NCBI GenBank assembly: GCA_963733195.1 | Contig: CAVTCR010000004.1 | Span: forward strand, 1 to 56,549 | Origin: an uncultured delta proteobacterium | Lineage (GTDB): Bacteria; Desulfobacterota; Binatia; Bin18 | Direction: 5' to 3' | Length of the DNA stretch: 56,549 nt | Shown here: positions 53,066 through 56,549 of the stretch, piece after piece | Layout of the letters: each line of letters begins with the position of its first letter | How positions within the stretch are numbered: the stretch's first letter is position 1 | Notes under the pieces: model-generated | Database searches by the model: none | What the model saw: only the letters and a program-made list of their open reading frames with translations | Told to the model about the DNA's origin: nothing | Position numbers and translations under genes: made by a program

Positions 53066-53155
53066 CGTAAAACGTAAAGATAAAACGTAAAAAGATCTAC
53101 GCTTCACGTTTTACGCCTCACGTTCCCTTCACGCCTCACGTTTTACGCCTTACGC
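53066..53155. repeat. Inverted 7-bp arrays (AAAACGT / (C/T)ACG(T/C)(T/C)T)
   Basis: cgtaaaacgtaaa...taaaacgtaaa ... tacgctt cacgttt tacgcct cacgttc ... cacgcct cacgttt tacgcct tacgcta; includes the stop of the GlcG-like gene. Confidence 0.85.
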
Positions 53156-53560
53156 TAGTCCCGCGAGTGTTAATCCAGCCTGCGCACACTCAATATCCTG
53201 CTCAGGCGTCCCACCACTCGCCCCGATGGCACCGACGACCTCTCCATTCTGCCGGATTGGCAATCCACCGCCACCGGCAACCAACGGGACCGCACCAATA
53301 TTGACGATGCTGGCAAAGAACTGGGGCCGCGTTTCTGCCAGTTTCCCCATTTCGGCAGAGGTACGGCGGAAGAGCGCCGCAGTGTAGGCTTTGCTCTGGG
53401 CGATACTTGGCGTCAGTAGCCCGGCCCCATCCATCCGAACCAATGCCACGAGGTAGCCCCCCGCATCAACGACCGCAAAGCTCATCGGCACTTGCATTTC
53501 CCTAGCCTTTGCTCTGGCTCCGGCGAGGATTTTTTCTGCGCTGTCTATCGTGAGTGCCAT
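53150..53560 (-). CDS. GlcG/HbpS family heme-binding protein
   Basis: AVVDAGG.LVA..RMDGA, KAYTA, GGLPI...VGAIGASGG...D. Confidence 0.92.
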   Translation of the reverse strand: MALTIDSAEKILAGARAKAREMQVPMSFAVVDAGGYLVALVRMDGAGLLTPSIAQSKAYTAALFRRTSAEMGKLAETRPQFFASIVNIGAVPLVAGGGGLPIRQNGEVVGAIGASGGTPEQDIECAQAGLTLAGLA

Positions 53561-53582
53561 GATTCTCTCCCTTTCTGTTTTT

Positions 53583-55034
53583 CTACAACCACCGCTCCAC
53601 TACTACTTTCTTTTCTGTATAAAACTCAACCGCGTCGCGCCCCTGCCCATGTAGATCACCAAAGAAACTGTCTTTCCAACCAGAGAAGGGAAAGAACGCC
53701 ATTGGCGCCGCTACCCCGACGTTAATGCCGATATTGCCGACCTGCGCTTCATAACGAAACTTCCGTGCAGCCGCCCCACTTCGCGTGAATAGACACGCCA
53801 TGTTGCCGTAGTGGTGACGATTCACCAACGCAATCGCCTCATCAATGTCTTTGGCATGCAACAGCCCCAGAACAGGTCCAAATATTTCCGTTTGCGCGAT
53901 TTGGCTGTCAGGAGCGACACCGTCGAGAATGGTTGGTTTGAGGAAATAGCCACCCTCATACCCTCTAATCTGCACCGCGCGACCATCAACGACCAGTTTT
54001 GCTCCCTCCTCCACCCCTTGCCGGATCAACTGTTCGATCCGCACCTTGCTTTCCGATCGAATCACCGGCCCCATTTCGACACCCTCGTTCAGCCCGTAGC
54101 CGACTTTCCGAGACTGGGCCTCTTCAGTCATGGCCGCAATAAATGTCGAGTGTGCTTCACCAACAGTGATTGCTAATGACGACGCAAGACACCGTTGGCC
54201 GGCACAGCCAAAGGCCGATTCCGCGGCAAGGTGAGTCACCTGCTCCATATCGGCATCAGGAAGGACGATAAGCGGATTCTTCGCTCCCCCTTGGCATTGA
54301 GCACGCTTCCCGTTGGCAGCAGCACGAGCATAGACGTATTTCGCAACCGGAGTCGAACCAACAAGACTGATCGCGCGTACGGTAGGATGGTCGATCAACG
54401 CATCCACTGTTTCTTTCGTCCCGTTGACCAAATTGACAACGCCCTTGGGCAGCCCAGTCTGGGCAATCAAGCCAACAATCTTCTGCGCAGTCATTGGTGT
54501 TTTGTCCGATGGCTTTAGCACAAAAGTGTTTCCGCAGGCGAGCGCATACGGGAGAAACCAGAGCGGAATCATGCCGGGAAAGTTGAACGGGGTGATCGCA
54601 GCGACTACCCCGACAGGTTGACGAATCATGATCTCGTCGATGCCACGGGCAATATCTTCACTGAAGACCCCCTGGAGAAGCATAGGGATACCACATGCGA
54701 CCTCAAGGTTTTCGATACCGCGACGAATTTCACCGGCAGCCTCTGCATAGGTTTTACCGCATTCGTTCGTGACTGTTTGTGCGAGGCCATCAAGATTATC
54801 TTCCAGGAGGCTTTTGAATTTGAAAAGATACTGCACCCGCTCGCCAGCCGGAGTCTGTCGCCACTCTTTGAACGCCACACTCGCGGCTTGAACCGTAGCG
54901 TCGATCTCAGCAGCGGGCGACAGAGGCATCGTCGCAATGACTTCAGCGGTAGCAGGATTGACAATACTCAGTGATTCTTGTGCGTTGGAACGACGCCATT
55001 CGCCGCCTATATAGTTGAGGAGTTGGGTGGACAT
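53583..55034 (-). CDS. mmsA: CoA-acylating (methyl)malonate-semialdehyde dehydrogenase
   Basis: [42 protein letters not shown]. Confidence 0.92.
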   Translation of the reverse strand: MSTQLLNYIGGEWRRSNAQESLSIVNPATAEVIATMPLSPAAEIDATVQAASVAFKEWRQTPAGERVQYLFKFKSLLEDNLDGLAQTVTNECGKTYAEAAGEIRRGIENLEVACGIPMLLQGVFSEDIARGIDEIMIRQPVGVVAAITPFNFPGMIPLWFLPYALACGNTFVLKPSDKTPMTAQKIVGLIAQTGLPKGVVNLVNGTKETVDALIDHPTVRAISLVGSTPVAKYVYARAAANGKRAQCQGGAKNPLIVLPDADMEQVTHLAAESAFGCAGQRCLASSLAITVGEAHSTFIAAMTEEAQSRKVGYGLNEGVEMGPVIRSESKVRIEQLIRQGVEEGAKLVVDGRAVQIRGYEGGYFLKPTILDGVAPDSQIAQTEIFGPVLGLLHAKDIDEAIALVNRHHYGNMACLFTRSGAAARKFRYEAQVGNIGINVGVAAPMAFFPFSGWKDSFFGDLHGQGRDAVEFYTEKKVVVERWL

Positions 55035-55170
55035 TTTTGCCTCGTTTCTCATGCAGCATTTATACGACCAAAGGACGAACCGCACTTGCCCTACACCGCT
55101 CAGCACGTGTTACATGATTTGTGTCGAAGTCTGCTTCAAAGGTCACGCAGCACGCTTCACGCATCACATC

Positions 55171-55635
55171 CTAATACGTGTCTGGGGGTAACTTACTGTG
55201 ATCCCAACTCGTCATTTTCTCAGGAGTGATCTTCAGTACCGCGCGTTTCTTGGCGCGCTCCTGCACGACAGCGCTGGCTGGGGCTGGAGTTCCACCTTCC
55301 TGAAATGCACGAATCTCGCGCATGATCTTCCACACTTCATCCGCGTCGTCGATCACTTCACACCGACCGCGAATCATCACCCCTTTGAGTTCGTTATACG
55401 CCATCCCTGATTCCACCATCACCGCCACTTTCGGATTGCGGCGAACGTTCACCACTTTCTGTGCTTTTTTGAAGGAGGTCATGTATACACAGCCGTCTTT
55501 CACCATATACGCCATGGCGACAGCGTGCGGAAATCCGTCTTTGTCGATGGTACACAACATCATCGTTTTCGCTTTTTCGGTAAGATACACGTGTCGTTCT
55601 TCCGGGGTCATTTTGATCTGGCTTTGTCGGTTCAT
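55171..55635 (-). CDS. Pyridoxamine 5'-phosphate oxidase-like split-barrel protein (PPOX class, possibly F420-dependent)
   Basis: TIDKDGFPHAVAM, KAQKVVNVRRNP, GVMIRG, SWDHSKL. Confidence 0.88.
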   Translation of the reverse strand: MNRQSQIKMTPEERHVYLTEKAKTMMLCTIDKDGFPHAVAMAYMVKDGCVYMTSFKKAQKVVNVRRNPKVAVMVESGMAYNELKGVMIRGRCEVIDDADEVWKIMREIRAFQEGGTPAPASAVVQERAKKRAVLKITPEKMTSWDHSKLPPDTY

Positions 55636-55691
55636 TGTTGTCCTTCCTCAGCGTTGTCCTTCCTCAGCTAGCTTTTTAGAATGGTGTACGA

Positions 55692-55997
55692 CTAACTCAT
55701 CTTTGTCTTGGATCTTCTTGAAACGAGCGGGATAAGGCAACGCAAGGCTGCGTTAACCGCTTCGGAATCGGGGAAATGCGCATGGACATCTGGTGCCAAA
55801 AGAACAGCACCTTCTGCAAGGGTAAAATGTTGAACCGTACTGGTACCATCCTGTTTTTGGATTTTTACCGCATGGCCTGCGCGATATGATTTGTAATACT
55901 TGCCTTGGACTCCACCCTTCATTCGGGCAAAGTCATACTCTGGACGCAGGTCATTACGGTCGATGTCCGCGGTCTCTCGTTTAGCGGTTTTCTTCAT
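55692..55997 (-). CDS. BrnA-like antitoxin
   Basis: DLRPEYDF...GKYY...LAPDV...FPDSEAVNAALR. Confidence 0.8.
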   Translation of the reverse strand: MKKTAKRETADIDRNDLRPEYDFARMKGGVQGKYYKSYRAGHAVKIQKQDGTSTVQHFTLAEGAVLLAPDVHAHFPDSEAVNAALRCLIPLVSRRSKTKMS

Positions 55998-56261
55998 AAT
56001 CCCTCCGTTCGGTCCGCGTCGCCTTGCGACAGCTAATAAGGCGAATATTCATTTCCCGATCTGTGTGGCTTACCACAAGAATACGTCCTGAGCAGAGAGC
56101 CCGATACTCACGTACCGAGCCTCAACAAATGCATGCTCTGGATCAGGAAAGGTCAGTAAGAAAGGATTGTTGAAAAGCGATTTTGCTTCGTCAAAGCTAA
56201 CCTTATGTTTCCTCAGGTTTGTGCGGGCTTTTTCCTCATCCCAATCGAACGTTAACGGCAT
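55981..56261 (-). CDS. BrnT family toxin (frameshift near 56090)
   Basis: FDWDEEKARTNLRKHKVSFDEA...D.EH...R...IG; shifted frame gives IRLISCRKATRTERRDYEENR*. Confidence 0.9.
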
Positions 56262-56300
56262 GTCGTTTCTTTCTGTTACCTGAGGATGTCGTTCCCTCGC

Positions 56301-56549
56301 TTAGCCAATCGTGATCTCGACCAGCAGAGCCTTGGCCTCCTGCAAATCTTTGGTGTCAAATCCTTCCGTAAACCAATTATAAATCTCTGATAACATCTGG
56401 TGAGCTTCGTTGAGTCTGTTACGTACTTCGTGGTGCGTAGTACGTGTTGCGTGACCCTGGGCTTGCTGTCGTCGTAACCTAACCAGACTCATGACAGCGC
56501 GTAGTTCGAGGGACTTGGCTTGTTGCTTGCGTGAAATGTCGATGGCTTT
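56301..56549 (-). CDS. C-terminus of a second STAND-TPR paralogue (5' part outside the window)
   Basis: AIDISRKQQAKSLELRAVMSL...EAHQMLSEIYNWFTEGFDTKDLQEAKALL, highly similar to 49453..49700. Confidence 0.9.
   Translation of the reverse strand, partial: KAIDISRKQQAKSLELRAVMSLVRLRRQQAQGHATRTTHHEVRNRLNEAHQMLSEIYNWFTEGFDTKDLQEAKALLVEITIG

Noticed and set aside
2836-56261. Programmed frameshifting or mass pseudogenisation in about 15 split genes (rtcB, trpB2, kinases, LLMs, SDR, brnT and others)
   Set aside because: Breaks are scattered single-base indels in otherwise well-conserved proteins with no shared slippery motif, which fits long-read error. Read polishing is needed to confirm.
49453-56549. 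Diversity-generating retroelement template/variable pair formed by the two similar 3' ends
   Set aside because: Both copies are coding paralogue ends, the differences are not adenine-specific, and there is no reverse transcriptase in the window.

Overview
Chromosomal-looking bacterial window of moderate GC, with no rRNA, tRNA or CRISPR found by eye. Gene content (many LLM/F420-type oxidoreductases, SDRs, cyclase-STAND-TPR paralogues, TrpB2, archease-RtcB) suggests an uncultured Binatia/Tectomicrobia-like deltaproteobacterium; this is inference only. About 15 genes carry single-base frameshifts, which I read mainly as long-read assembly errors, and I have rejoined them. Main blocks: (i) 1-22.7 kb housekeeping and accessory genes; (ii) 22.7-35.3 kb cytoplasmic multi-kinase phosphorelay with a giant poly-HAMP hybrid kinase and an IS66 remnant, bracketed by a 35-bp imperfect direct repeat; (iii) 35.4-48.8 kb redox/hydrolase operons; (iv) 48.8-56.5 kb two cyclase-STAND-TPR paralogues, each followed by a small nuclease/toxin gene. 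The most unusual signal is in the repeats. GTAG-type REP palindromes and locus-specific 7-bp tandem arrays fill the intergenic spacers. The same two repeat classes also sit inside the coding sequence of the cyclase-STAND-TPR genes, at five loop/linker positions, where they encode variable peptide inserts. This is a candidate repeat-driven protein diversification system.
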